Shown here in pieces: positions 24,012-33,775 of a stretch of 64,000 nt of DNA. The first letter of the stretch is position 1. Each line of letters begins with the position of its first letter. A program made the position numbers and the translations under genes. This DNA comes from an uncultured Verrucomicrobiae bacterium. Lineage in GTDB: Bacteria > Verrucomicrobiota > Verrucomicrobiia > Chthoniobacterales > Chthoniobacteraceae. The stretch spans positions 192,001 through 256,000 of the forward strand of contig CAWHEP010000014.1 in the NCBI GenBank assembly GCA_963828525.1. The letters are read 5' to 3'. The notes beneath the pieces were generated by a model, which saw nothing but the letters and a program-made list of their open reading frames with translations, searched no databases and was not told the DNA's origin.

Positions 24012-24109
24012 TGACAACCGACTACGCTGTCTGCCTGAACCCGGCGGGAGAGTGGTGGTTGCAGACGTTGCGTCCCATGCGCGGGTTGCTGGGCTGGGGG
24101 TCACCAGGC
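24012..24109 (+). other. Degenerate attC site (attC0)
   Basis: Imperfect palindrome AACCCG.CGGGA...TCCC..GCGCGGGTT followed by GCTGGGCTGGGGGTCACCAGGC resembling the GCTGAGCTTGG...GTTAGGC ends of the downstream attCs. Confidence 0.45.
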
Positions 24110-24123
24110 GGTGCCCGTCTCCC

Positions 24124-24600
24124 GTGAAAGTCATTGTTACCGAAGGCGACTTACTCGACCAACCCGTTGAGGCCATCGTCAACGCGTGGAACCGCAACAT
24201 CATTCCGTGGTGGCTTCTACTCCCGCAGGGTGTCTCCCGCGCCATTAAGCGCCGCGCGGGCACCCAGCCGTTTCGGGAAGTTGCGCGCTACGGAGCCATT
24301 CCACTCGGCGAGGCTGTTCTTACTTCTGCCGGGCGTTTGCCTTTTCGCGGCATTATCCACGTTGCAGGCATCAATATGCTTTGGCGGTCGTCTGAGTTTT
24401 CTGTTCGCCAGTCGGTTCGTAGCGCCATGCGGATCGTCATCGAGCAGCAGCTTCGTTCCGTCGCTTTCCCGCTCATCGGGGCGGGCTCAGGCGGCGGTTC
24501 ACCCGAGCGCATTCAGGGCTTCATCACAGAGGAGCTTTCTGCAATACCCTTTAGCGGAGAGGTTTATGTCGTCCGCTATACCAACCTCCGCCGGGCCTAA
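24124..24600 (+). CDS. Macro domain protein (integron cassette)
   Basis: VIVTEGDLLD..VEAIVNAWN, GEAVLTSAGRL...IIHVAG, SVAFPLIGAGSGG; stop codon lies inside attC R'' box. Confidence 0.9.
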   Translation: MKVIVTEGDLLDQPVEAIVNAWNRNIIPWWLLLPQGVSRAIKRRAGTQPFREVARYGAIPLGEAVLTSAGRLPFRGIIHVAGINMLWRSSEFSVRQSVRSAMRIVIEQQLRSVAFPLIGAGSGGGSPERIQGFITEELSAIPFSGEVYVVRYTNLRRA

Positions 24601-24696
24601 CCACGCTCCAGCGAAAACAGGCTTGGCGCCCCTGCCCTTCTTGCATTCGACCTCCTTCCTCGCTAGCCTCTGTCGCTGAGTTTGGAAGCGTTAGGC
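24595..24696 (+). other. Integron attC site (attC1), intact
   Basis: R'' GCCTAAC (24595) and R' GTTAGGC (24690) perfectly complementary; L''/L' CTCCAGCGA / TCGCTGAG with one extrahelical base. Confidence 0.9.
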
Positions 24697-24710
24697 ATTC
24701 AGTTCAAATC

Positions 24711-25226
24711 ATGCAGATTCCGTACTTTGCCGCGTTGTCCTCGTTCGGCATCGCAGTTCTAACCAACGGACTGGCGGCGGCTTTGCCGGATGAGGACACC
24801 GTGACGCGCTTCGCGTCGCCATGGCACAGGAGTGGTTTCCATCTGAGCAGTTTCCCCAATCCACGCCCGAGCAAATCGCCCACGCGACTCCCGCCGCCCT
24901 GTCCGTGGTCGCCGCCCACACGAAAGTCTATCGCATCGACTTCGATGGCGACGGCGCCGTGGATCGTGTGCTCCAGATCGATCTCCATGCTCGCAATAGC
25001 GAGTTGATCGTGCTGCGTCGCGCCAAGAGTGGTTGGAGCATCGTTGGTGACTTCTTCGGCCAGCAGTTCAGCTTTCTGGGCTTTGGGAGTTTGCCTGTTG
25101 CTAACCTTGAGATCACAGAGAACAACGGCGGAGGTCACCTCGCGGTCATACCTACGAATTCAAGGGAGGACGCTACGTTCAATCTACGGCTCGCGAGGAA
25201 AAAGTTAATGACGATCGCTAGCCTAA
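24711..25226 (+). CDS. Secreted hypothetical protein (integron cassette), frameshifted; DFDGDG.VD loop
   Basis: Signal-like N-terminus in ORF 24711 continuing in ORF 24821; fills the space between attC1 and attC2; end approximate. Confidence 0.6.
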
Positions 25227-25323
25227 CCAAGTGCTCCAGCGAACAGCCGCTGGCTGCCACGTGTCTCGTGATGGTATCGTCTTGCCTCGCCGATGACTGT
25301 CGCTGATCTTGGAACCGTGAGGC
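25221..25323 (+). other. Integron attC site (attC2), R' box mutated
   Basis: GCCTAAC..CTCCAGCGA...TCGCTGAT.TTGG..GTGAGGC; same architecture as attC1. Confidence 0.8.
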
Positions 25324-25336
25324 GTTTGCTGGCCGT

Positions 25337-25981
25337 ATGACCCCATCGACCGAAGACATTCTTACTTCGCGCCTCGACCCAGGCGAACGCTTGCTTTGGG
25401 CGGGTCGGCCTCGCGGCGGCGTTCGATTTCGAGCGCAGGACGCGTACCTTATCCCGTTCAGTCTGCTCTGGGGCGGCTTCGCCATTTTCTGGGAGTTCAT
25501 GGCTGTGACCCAAACCTCCAGGGCACGCGGCCCTGTTGGCACCGTCTTTCCTCTTTTCGGCGTGCCGTTCGTTCTCGTCGGCCTCAATTTCATTTTCGGG
25601 CGCTTCTTCTCCGACGCTCGCAGGCGATCCCGCACCTATTACGGAGTCACCAGCGAGCGCATTATCATCGTCATTGGTGGGCTGTTCAGCCATCAGACCA
25701 AGAGCCTTCAGCTCCGCACCCTCGCCGACGTATCACTTACGGAGCGCGGCGATGGCAGCGGCAGTATTACATTCGGCCCGACCCACTACATGAACGCTCT
25801 TTCCCCAGGCGCCGGATGGCCGGGCTCGGGTCGTTATGCGCCCCCGTCTTTTGAATTCATCGAACGCGCCAAGGAGGTCTACGACATCATTTACGACGCG
25901 CAAAGAGCGACACCAGTGAACGGCTTCCGGCCGGCACCTTTGCCCCACCTGCCACCCGCGCCCCCGGCTCGCCGTAGCTGA
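25337..25981 (+). CDS. Membrane protein with bacterial PH-like domain (integron cassette); reads into attC3
   Basis: LDPGERLLWAGRP, two TM helices, RTYYGVTSERIII, ERGDGSGSITFG. Confidence 0.75.
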   Translation: MTPSTEDILTSRLDPGERLLWAGRPRGGVRFRAQDAYLIPFSLLWGGFAIFWEFMAVTQTSRARGPVGTVFPLFGVPFVLVGLNFIFGRFFSDARRRSRTYYGVTSERIIIVIGGLFSHQTKSLQLRTLADVSLTERGDGSGSITFGPTHYMNALSPGAGWPGSGRYAPPSFEFIERAKEVYDIIYDAQRATPVNGFRPAPLPHLPPAPPARRS

Positions 25982-25994
25982 GCTTGGGTTAGGC
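25913..25994 (+). other. attC site (attC3), left R'' box lost
   Basis: CCAGTGAACGGC...GCCGTAGCTGAGCTTGG-GTTAGGC; right half matches attC1/2. Confidence 0.65.
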
Positions 25995-26041
25995 ACTATC
26001 ACTCGGTTGCCTAAATTGAACGGTCGGGTATCCTTTCGATC

Positions 26042-26281
26042 ATGCCCACGGTAGCACTTCAGGCCCATTACGACGGCGAGCACATCGTCCTCGATGAGCC
26101 GTATGACCTGCCCGCAAACGCCAATCTCATGGTCACGCTGCTTCCTTCCGCTACCGGCGCCGACTCTGAGGATGTTTGGCTGCGCGCTGCAGCTTCAAGC
26201 GAAGCATTCGCCTTTCTCACTGACCCTGCCGAGGACGTCTACACAGCATCCGACGGCGGGCCGTTCCGAGATGCGGTTTAG
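26042..26281 (+). CDS. Small antitoxin-like protein with own promoter
   Basis: AHYDGEHIVLDEP.DLP.N..L.VT N-terminus and acidic AFAFL.DPAEDVY C-terminus; TTGCCT-16bp-TATCCT upstream. Confidence 0.55.
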   Translation: MPTVALQAHYDGEHIVLDEPYDLPANANLMVTLLPSATGADSEDVWLRAAASSEAFAFLTDPAEDVYTASDGGPFRDAV

Positions 26282-26438
26282 AGGAGTCCGAGATCTCGAA
26301 TCCCTTGCTCACGCGTCAGCTCGCTGTCTAAATTGAATCAGCTTTCTGGCTGAGTCAGAATACATCGCCCACAGCTATTTCCCAAGAGGAAGACGGCATT
26401 GCGGCTATCGCGCCGTTCAGCGAGCATCAGCAACAGCG

Positions 26439-28134
26439 ATGAGCGAGAAACCCTTAGAAAAACGCGTGTTCACCCGCACGGGAAAGGCGCTCATCCTTTT
26501 TGTTTTAGCCCTGCTGATCTTCGGCGGATGGGAAGGCTTCAAGCTTGTGAAGCTCCATCTGGCGCTGGCGCGTGCCCAGCGAGCCTTCGCTAATAAGCAG
26601 TTCACGCCGGCAGTGTTTTGGACGGTGGATGCTCTCCGCGCCGACGACCGGAATGTCGAGGCGGCGCGGTTGATGGCCGACATAGATGAGGCGCGGGATA
26701 TGCCGGCGGCCCTTGGCTGGCGGATCAAGGTTGCCCAGCTTGAGCCCGGAAACTCCCAGGATACCATGGCTTGGGCAAAGACCGCGCTGCGTTTTGGGCA
26801 GACTGAATTGGCGCTCAGGGGTTTGAAAAGTCTCCCCCCGAGCTTTGCGAATGGGAACGCGGAATTTCACGAGATGATGGCGGGCTGTGCCTTGGCGATG
26901 AATGAAACCCCTGCCGCGGAGGAGCATTTCATGAAGGCTGTGGAGATCGATCCCGGCAACCCCGTGAATTCTATAAATCTTGCGGCGTTCCGGTTGTCCA
27001 ACTCGCAAAGTCCGGATGTTCGAGTGGCGGCCGCGCGCGAGCTTGAAGCCGCGTTAAGCGACGCTCGGGTAAATCTGGCCGCAAGTCGCGCGTTGCTCAC
27101 CGATGCGATGCGGCGCAAGAATCGCGCGGGCACATTACGCTTCGCGGACAAGTTGCAATCCCTCCCTGGGCCACACGTTCAACGACGACCTGAGCTGCCT
27201 TCCAGCCGCCGCCACCGAATCCGCTTTCCATACGGGGATAACCGCAGTCGAACATCGTGCTGGATCGGATATTCAGTTGATTGCCGCCGCGACGGATTGG
27301 CTAAACCAGCACGGAATGGCAACCGAGACGCTGCGATGGCTCGGCACGCTCCCACCCGATATACAAGCAAACATGCGCGTCCAGATCGCGCGATCAGAAG
27401 CGCTGCTCGCGATGCGCGACTGGAAAGCGTTGAGCGCCTTCTTGAAGGATTGCCACTGGGAGGATTGCGAGTTTCTGAGACGCGCGATGCAGGTTCGTTG
27501 CGAAAGGGAGCTTGCCCAGCCATGGGAGCCGGATTGGAAGCAACTGGCGCAGGACACTCAAAGAAATCCGCAGGACATTTTGTTGCTTGCGCAGTTGGTG
27601 ATCGGCTGGGGTTGGCGCGACGAGGAGCTCGCCCTCCTCTGGGACGCCGCGCGACGGCCGGTGACGGCATCCCGCGCTTTGGAGATCCTCTGGCGTTTGT
27701 ATGCGCATGAGAATGACACGCGCGAATTACTCCGCGTGGCCAAGGCGCAACTCGACATCGACCCAGCGAGTCCCACGAGGAAAAACAACTTCGCTTTCCT
27801 TTCTTTATTGTTGGACGGCCCATCGCAGATCGCAGAGCGCCTCGCGCGGGAGGCTTCAACTGCTGATCCCAATGCGCCGGAATGGGCGGCGACGTATGCG
27901 TACGCGCTGCATCTCGCGGGTAACGACCCCGAAGCAAAAAAGGTGCTCGCCAATCTGGCGCCCGCGACGCTAAAGCGTCCAGGAGTAGCGCTCTACTCCG
28001 CAATCATCCTTGCTGCCAACGGGGACAATTCCAACGCCCGCAACTCTATTGCCAGGTTGAATACGAACGGGATGCTTCCCGAAGAGCGAAAGCTGGCAGC
28101 CGAGCTGGCCGGCCGCCTGGGTGTCGTGAAGTAG
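26439..28134 (+). CDS. Membrane-anchored tetratricopeptide repeat protein (frameshift near 27170)
   Basis: N-terminal TM, Ala-rich helical TPR-like repeats (A.EIDPGN, A..DIDPAS...NNFA), ATYAYAL. Confidence 0.7.
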
Positions 28135-28184
28135 AAGCGGATTTCAACGCGGTTTGACCGCGCGAGCTGGCCTCGAGCCCAAGT

Positions 28185-29541
28185 CTAATTTACCACGTAA
28201 AGCGGCGGTGCCTCTGTTCTCAACGTCGTCGAGTGCTTATTCTCCGAACGTATTGATTGTTGCTGTTCGGTTTCCTGAATCAGCCTGGCGATGAATTCGC
28301 ATTCCGAGGGCAATGTCGCGAGTCTTTCAGCCTTGCGAAGCGCCACGAGAGCTTCGGGCTGGCGCTGGAGTTCCAACAGAAGCGAACCGCGAACCGCATG
28401 GAACAGATGATACGATCCCAGCAAACCTTTCGTGGAAATCTGCTCCAGAGCGTCCAGCGCGGCCTGCGGGCCACTGACTTTTCCCAGGGCGACGGCGCGG
28501 TTGAGCGCGGCAACCGGAGAGGGATTAATTTTTACCAGTTCATCATATAACGCAAGAATGCGCGGCCAGTCGGTGTCAGAGGTCGTTGCGACTATGCTGT
28601 GGCATGCGGCGATACCCGCTTCCAGATGATACACACTGAGCGTTTCCCCCGTGGCCGCGAGATGAAGGTGGTGGATGCCGTGTTGAATCATCGCCTCATT
28701 CCAGAGGCTGCGATCCTGTTCATGCAGACGAAGCAAATTTCCGGTTTCACTCACCCGGGCGGGCAGGCGCGCCGCGGTTAAGGAGCATGAGCGCGAGCAG
28801 CGCGTGGGTGCGCGGCTGGCGTGTGGCGGGATGCCCGGCTAGTTGCAGCGCGAGGCGAATGGCCTCATGGCAAAGTTCCTCCCGCACAAGGCGGTCGCCG
28901 GATGATGCCTTGTAACCTTCGTTGAAAAGCAGATAGAGAGTAGCGAGCACGCCGTCAAGACGCGCGGGCAGTTCATCCGGGGCGGGGACCACGAATGGCA
29001 GCGCCAGTTCCCGGATGCGTTGGCGGGCGCGGACCAGGCGCTTGGCGATGGCGGCCTCGGTGGTGAGAAACGCGGCGGCGATCTCCGCGGGGCTCAGCCC
29101 GCACAGTGCGCGTAACGCCAGCGCCGTCTGTGCTTCAGTGGAGAGTTGGGGGTGAAAGCACACGAACATCATCCGCAACGTGTCGTCGGTAAAAGTATCC
29201 GCGTTTTCCTCGCGCGGGCCGGGGACGGCAATCCAGCGGTCATGCTCGCTGGCGATGCCCTCTTCTTTCTCCCGCCAACTTTGTTCGCGGCGCAAATGGT
29301 CGAGAGCAAGGTTGCGGGCGGTCTGCGTGAGCCACGCCGCGGGGTTATCTGGCGCGCCGCGATAGGGCCACGTCTGCAATGCGCGCACAAGCGCTTCCTG
29401 CACCACGTCCTCGGCTAGTTGCAATCGGTGTGTGCCGAATTGTCCGGCAAGCATCGCCACAAGCCGCGCGCTTTCGCGCCGAAACAAATCGGCGGCGATT
29501 TCGCCATGATGCTGGCCATGTTCGGGCGTGTGGTCTGACAT
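28185..29541 (-). CDS. ECF sigma factor with C-terminal TPR extension (ECF42/DUF6596 type), frameshift near 28770
   Basis: AEDVVQEAL..AL.TWP..G.PDNPAAWL, DDTLRMMFVCFHP, LYLLFNEGY, QDRSLW, TDWPRILALYD, LNRAVA. Confidence 0.9.
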
Positions 29542-29609
29542 GGAAATCAATCTGGCCCCGATCTCAAGCGCCGCTAACCTAAACCTCAGGCTCAGGCGCG
29601 CGCGTCGTG

Positions 29610-30059
29610 CTAGTCAGAAACTTCCGCCTCAACGAGCTTTGCAAGCAGGATCAGTGATTCTTGCCAGCCAAGATAACAAGCCTCGGCGGGAATCAAATCG
29701 GGCAGGTCTTCCTGCGTGATCCTCACGTCGGTGCCGCAGAATACCTCCTTCAAAATGATCGTCACATGGATGATGCCAGGCAGCGCCGGGTCATCAAACC
29801 TGTCAGTGTAGCGGATGCGTTCGTGAGGCAGCAATTCCAGATACTCGCCGCCGAAAGAGTGGGTTTTGCCGGTCGTGAAGTTCGTGAAGGACACCGCAAA
29901 ACTGCCCCCGACTTCGGCGTCCATATGGTGGACTTTTCCCGTGAACCCGTTTGGCGGAAGCCACTTGCTCATTGCGTCGGCATCGAGGAACGCTCGATAG
30001 ATCCTCTCTGCCGGCGCGCGGATTACGCGGTGAAGTTGAATGGTGTTTGTGCTGCTCAT
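29610..30059 (-). CDS. SRPBCC/AHSA1 family protein
   Basis: LHRVIRAPAERIYRAFLD..KWLPPNGF...CYLGWQESL. Confidence 0.9.
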   Translation of the reverse strand: MSSTNTIQLHRVIRAPAERIYRAFLDADAMSKWLPPNGFTGKVHHMDAEVGGSFAVSFTNFTTGKTHSFGGEYLELLPHERIRYTDRFDDPALPGIIHVTIILKEVFCGTDVRITQEDLPDLIPAEACYLGWQESLILLAKLVEAEVSD

Positions 30060-30091
30060 AGGGTGTCCTTTCTGGTCGTAGGAGTCCGTCG

Positions 30092-30490
30092 CTAAGGGTT
30101 GCTTTGCAGTTTCACTTCGGCCATCGGGCGGCAAAGATCAGCAATGGGGCGGACTTCAATTTGCGCGCCGTAGGCTAGAACCGGGCATGCCTGAGCGAGT
30201 CGCACGGCCTCCTCCATGCTGGAAACACCGACTCGGAAGTATCCTGCGATTGCCTCCTTCGATTCGGCAAACGCGCCGTCGGTGACGCTCACGCCGCGCG
30301 CGCCTGAGACGATCTTGCCTTCCTCCACGAGCGGCTGCGCGCCGCGATGGACCCCATGTTGCGTGAGTCCATCCACCCATGCATAGAAGTCCGTCATTAC
30401 CCGCTGCAGCTCCGCGGGCGACATGCCGTGATTCCAATGTGTGCCTCGGATAAGCAGCAGGTATTCGTCAGTCGGATTTTGCGGGTTCAT
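30092..30490 (-). CDS. YCII/DGPF family protein
   Basis: VTDGAFAESKEAIAGYF...EEAV..A..CP...IEVRP. Confidence 0.9.
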   Translation of the reverse strand: MNPQNPTDEYLLLIRGTHWNHGMSPAELQRVMTDFYAWVDGLTQHGVHRGAQPLVEEGKIVSGARGVSVTDGAFAESKEAIAGYFRVGVSSMEEAVRLAQACPVLAYGAQIEVRPIADLCRPMAEVKLQSNP

Positions 30491-30586
30491 GGTGATGCCT
30501 TTGAGTTAAAGGGGGATTGTGGTTTGAGCAATCGGCCGATGCTTCTTGAATCGCTCGTTGAGCGTAAGATCTGCTGCCCGTGCGAA

Positions 30587-31126
30587 TTATTTTGCAGCTA
30601 AAGGAGCGACGACCTGGCCGAGGTTTGCGAGACCCTGTTCAAATTGAGGGCCGACCATCTTGTCGCAGTTCATAAATAGACTCATCAATTTGCCGATGAA
30701 ACCGTTTTTGCCATACATGGCCCACTTCACCACCGTCTGGCCGCCTTGCGGTGTGAAGGTGAAGTCAACGGTGCTGGTTCCTTCGATCGGACGTTTCCAG
30801 TCCATTCGCATGCGGACCAGCTCTCGGGGTTTGCTCTCGATGATTGTCGCTGACCCTGCCCCAATTGCGTTATTGCCGTCCCAATTGCATGCCGCGCCGA
30901 TGCCGGACTCCGGGCCGCTGTAGGTGGTTGTCACGTTGGGGTCCATCTTCATGAACGGGTTCCACAGGTTGAACTTATGGTGGTCATTGACTTGCCCGAA
31001 AACTGCGTCCGGCGAGGCCGCGACTGTCGCGGTGCGTTCCACTCGAAAGTTCCCCGGTCGCAGGACAACGATGATGAAAAAGATGACGATGAGGAAGGCG
31101 AAGCCAATGGAAAGTTTGATGATCAT
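30587..31126 (-). CDS. SRPBCC (polyketide cyclase-like) protein with N-terminal TM
   Basis: FRVERT..V.ASPD.VF.QVND...WNPF..MDP...DKMVGPQFEQGL. Confidence 0.85.
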   Translation of the reverse strand: MIIKLSIGFAFLIVIFFIIVVLRPGNFRVERTATVAASPDAVFGQVNDHHKFNLWNPFMKMDPNVTTTYSGPESGIGAACNWDGNNAIGAGSATIIESKPRELVRMRMDWKRPIEGTSTVDFTFTPQGGQTVVKWAMYGKNGFIGKLMSLFMNCDKMVGPQFEQGLANLGQVVAPLAAK

Positions 31127-31166
31127 AATGGTGTATTAGGTGTGTATTTGTTTTGGTGGACGAGGC

Positions 31167-31634
31167 TTAAACTTCCTCGACGAGGGCTGCGAGCTGGTCG
31201 GCGCATTGTCTCCAGCCTTTGTGAAAACCCATTTGCTCATGCCTCTCCCGGCCGGCGACCGACCAGTGGAGGACACGAACCGTGTAGCGGGTGTTACCGT
31301 TTTCATTTTCAAACGTAAGTATTACGGTCATAAATGGCTGCGCCGATGGTTGCCATGCTTCCGTGTAGGCATCCGTAAAAACGAGGCGTTCATTCGGAAC
31401 AACCTCAAGATACACTCCCCGATTAGGCATCTCCGATCCGTCCGGCGTGCTCATCACGATGAGGCATGCGCCCCCGGGTCGGACGTCGAGTTCCGCCAGG
31501 GTGGTCGTCAGCGGCTTGGGCGCGAACCATTGCTTGAGCAGTTCTGCCTGTGTCCATGCGGAATAGACACGTTCAGGCGATGCGTGAATGAGGCGCGTGA
31601 GAGTGAGTTCCCGATTGCCGGAGGGTGTATGCAT
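31167..31634 (-). CDS. SRPBCC/AHSA1 family protein
   Basis: ELTLTRLI.ASPERVY.AWT..LKQWFAP...DVRPGG...HEQMGF..GW. Confidence 0.9.
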   Translation of the reverse strand: MHTPSGNRELTLTRLIHASPERVYSAWTQAELLKQWFAPKPLTTTLAELDVRPGGACLIVMSTPDGSEMPNRGVYLEVVPNERLVFTDAYTEAWQPSAQPFMTVILTFENENGNTRYTVRVLHWSVAGRERHEQMGFHKGWRQCADQLAALVEEV

Positions 31635-31914
31635 AATTAATTTCGTTCTTAAGGGCGTTTCGCTGTTTTGCGCTTGGCGCTTCGGCCCCTCAATACTTCG
31701 ACGAACGCGCTTCGCAGAAAAGGACACGCATCCGAAAGTTTTACCGCGCGGCAGTCCAGAGGCGAACCGGCTCCGAAGGTCTCTCTTCATCAATGCGCGT
31801 GAATGCGCCGCGACGTATGCCTGTGCCCTGCGTCTCGCCGGTAACAATCCCCTTGGCGAAAAAGTCCGCGCAGGTGTCTCCTGCGGGCCGCGCTGCTGGG
31901 GTGTCGCGCCGAGC

Positions 31915-32838
31915 CTACGCCCGATCTATTCCAGTCTTCCTTGAAAGTGGATCCTGGACCGGGTTTGTCATTCCGTCCTTCCCGAAAGTTCCCTCTGCAA
32001 CTCGCCGCGCTTCGGCGGGGCGCCCTGCCCCTTCAAGAGGTTCGAAAAACTGTCCTGCCAGCGTGGAGGGCACCGTCCCGCTGATCCCGTACGCGGAGGG
32101 CCAATGCTTCGGCAGCCAGGCTGTGCCGAAGACACGGTCGATCACCGGGAAAACGAACGCGAAGTTGTGGTCTCGATTCTCGTCGTTGGTGTGGTGCCAA
32201 TGGTGAAAAGCGGGAGACGAGATCAGCCAGTCCAGCGGCCCGAGGCGTACCTTGATGTTGGCGTGGATAAAGAACGTCCAGATCGTCCCGAAGATAGCCA
32301 CTATCGCCACCGCCGTATCGATATGCGGCCCAGTCGAGTAAGCCAGCCCCAGCAGATAAACCGGCGCCAGCCCCGAAAGACGCGTGAAAACCATATCGAC
32401 TGGATGCGCGCGTGTGTTTACCAGCCAGTCGAGGTGCTCAGCGCTGTGGTGTATCGCGTGGAATCTCCAGAGGAGAGGGGACGCGTGGAGGGCGCGGTGC
32501 CCCCAATAGGCTCCGATGTCATTTACGACAATCATGGCGAGCAGCCGGAGCCAGAGTGGCAACACCGCCATGTAGGAATAGAATCCTGCCGGATCAAGGC
32601 CTCGCAGCCCCCGCGCGAGAAGAGCGAGGGGCACAGACAAAATCGCGGCTGGCAGCAGGCTGTTTATGAAATACCAGCCGAGATCCACCCCGATCTCTTT
32701 GCGCCAGATTTTCGCTGGATGCACGGAGCATAAGCGCTCCAAAGGCACAAAGATGGCCACGAGTAACACAAGCCAAATCGCAAGTCGGCCGGCATCCACA
32801 GCGAAGCCGTGGCCATACCGGAGCAGTTGGTGGATCAT
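31915..32838 (-). CDS. Sterol desaturase / fatty acid hydroxylase family protein
   Basis: His boxes YWGHRALH, FHAIHHS, FIHAN, FHHWHH. Confidence 0.9.
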   Translation of the reverse strand: MIHQLLRYGHGFAVDAGRLAIWLVLLVAIFVPLERLCSVHPAKIWRKEIGVDLGWYFINSLLPAAILSVPLALLARGLRGLDPAGFYSYMAVLPLWLRLLAMIVVNDIGAYWGHRALHASPLLWRFHAIHHSAEHLDWLVNTRAHPVDMVFTRLSGLAPVYLLGLAYSTGPHIDTAVAIVAIFGTIWTFFIHANIKVRLGPLDWLISSPAFHHWHHTNDENRDHNFAFVFPVIDRVFGTAWLPKHWPSAYGISGTVPSTLAGQFFEPLEGAGRPAEARRVAEGTFGKDGMTNPVQDPLSRKTGIDRA

Positions 32839-32859
32839 TGGCGACCCTGAGGGCCTGCC

Positions 32860-33672
32860 TTAACGAAACGAGGCGCTATTGCCGCGCCTCCGCCGGACGG
32901 CTTCAAGGATGATGCATCCCGCGCAGAAAACCGCGAACACAACCCAGTTCGTAAATTCCGGCACGACCTCCAGGTCAACGCCCGCGAGCAGTGAAAAAGG
33001 GGGCTGCCCATTCGGAGTACCCGCCGCCAAAAACGAGAGTGTCTCTGTGCCGCTCGTAGCCGTGTAGTCGAATTGCTGCTGCACCCACCCGGTAAAGCCC
33101 TTGGTGAGGTTGTTGACGACTGGAGTCGTGAAACTCTGGGCTCCCAAACTTACCTTCCAGTCCTCCGTGGTTGCTCCAGTAAATCCCTGCTGCTGCGCGC
33201 CCGCCCAGTAAAACTTTACGGAGTAGGTTTCTCCCACCGTCAAACCGGTGATAGTCTGCGTAATCGCGCCTACCTGGAAAGCGCCATCGCCAGCTATGAA
33301 ATTCCCCCCTGCCGGGCTTGTAGATGGCAGGCCGTTCGCGCTGCCATTATTCGGACCCCACATGTATGTGTTGCCATAGCCATTCGTATTGTATTCACCC
33401 GGCGCTTCTTTGGGCTGGCCCGCTGTCGCGCCCCCCTGTGTGCCAGCGTCCGCGGTGCCGGGCGCGTAAACGAAGTTGTATCCCGTGGTAGTCCAGTTCG
33501 GAACGGTTAGATACCCGGTCCCAAACTGGCCAAACGTCGTAGTGATCCCGGTCTGGGTGCCAGAATAAGCTGTAACGCCGAAATCACCATTCTGGGCCAG
33601 ATTCGCCGACGCGACCCTGGCCAGTCCGAAGACGAACAGGACAGCAAAAATGAGGTTTCTCGGCGTTGGCAT
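32860..33672 (-). CDS. PEP-CTERM-like (VPEF) exosortase-target surface protein
   Basis: Signal peptide, ANLAQNGDF, G/T-rich body, C-terminal VVPEF-TM-RRRR. Confidence 0.8.
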   Translation of the reverse strand: MPTPRNLIFAVLFVFGLARVASANLAQNGDFGVTAYSGTQTGITTTFGQFGTGYLTVPNWTTTGYNFVYAPGTADAGTQGGATAGQPKEAPGEYNTNGYGNTYMWGPNNGSANGLPSTSPAGGNFIAGDGAFQVGAITQTITGLTVGETYSVKFYWAGAQQQGFTGATTEDWKVSLGAQSFTTPVVNNLTKGFTGWVQQQFDYTATSGTETLSFLAAGTPNGQPPFSLLAGVDLEVVPEFTNWVVFAVFCAGCIILEAVRRRRGNSASFR

Positions 33673-33775
33673 ACGGAGCTTTCAGCAATAGGCGTACCGA
33701 CCGCGCCCAAGGGAGATGCAAGTTCGTCCATCGTAGATGATTTTCACCGCCCCGCAAGCTACTTATTCTTCCGGA

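Larger units (their letters stand above)
22667..26315. mobile_element. Decayed tRNA-Ser-anchored genomic island (~3.6 kb) containing an attC cassette array, no integrase
   Basis: tRNA 3' part CCGAGGGTTCGAATCCCTCCCTCACCGCG (22667-22695) reappears as CCGAGATCTCGAATCCCTTGCTCAC-GCG (26288-26315), 23/29 identical. Confidence 0.65.
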
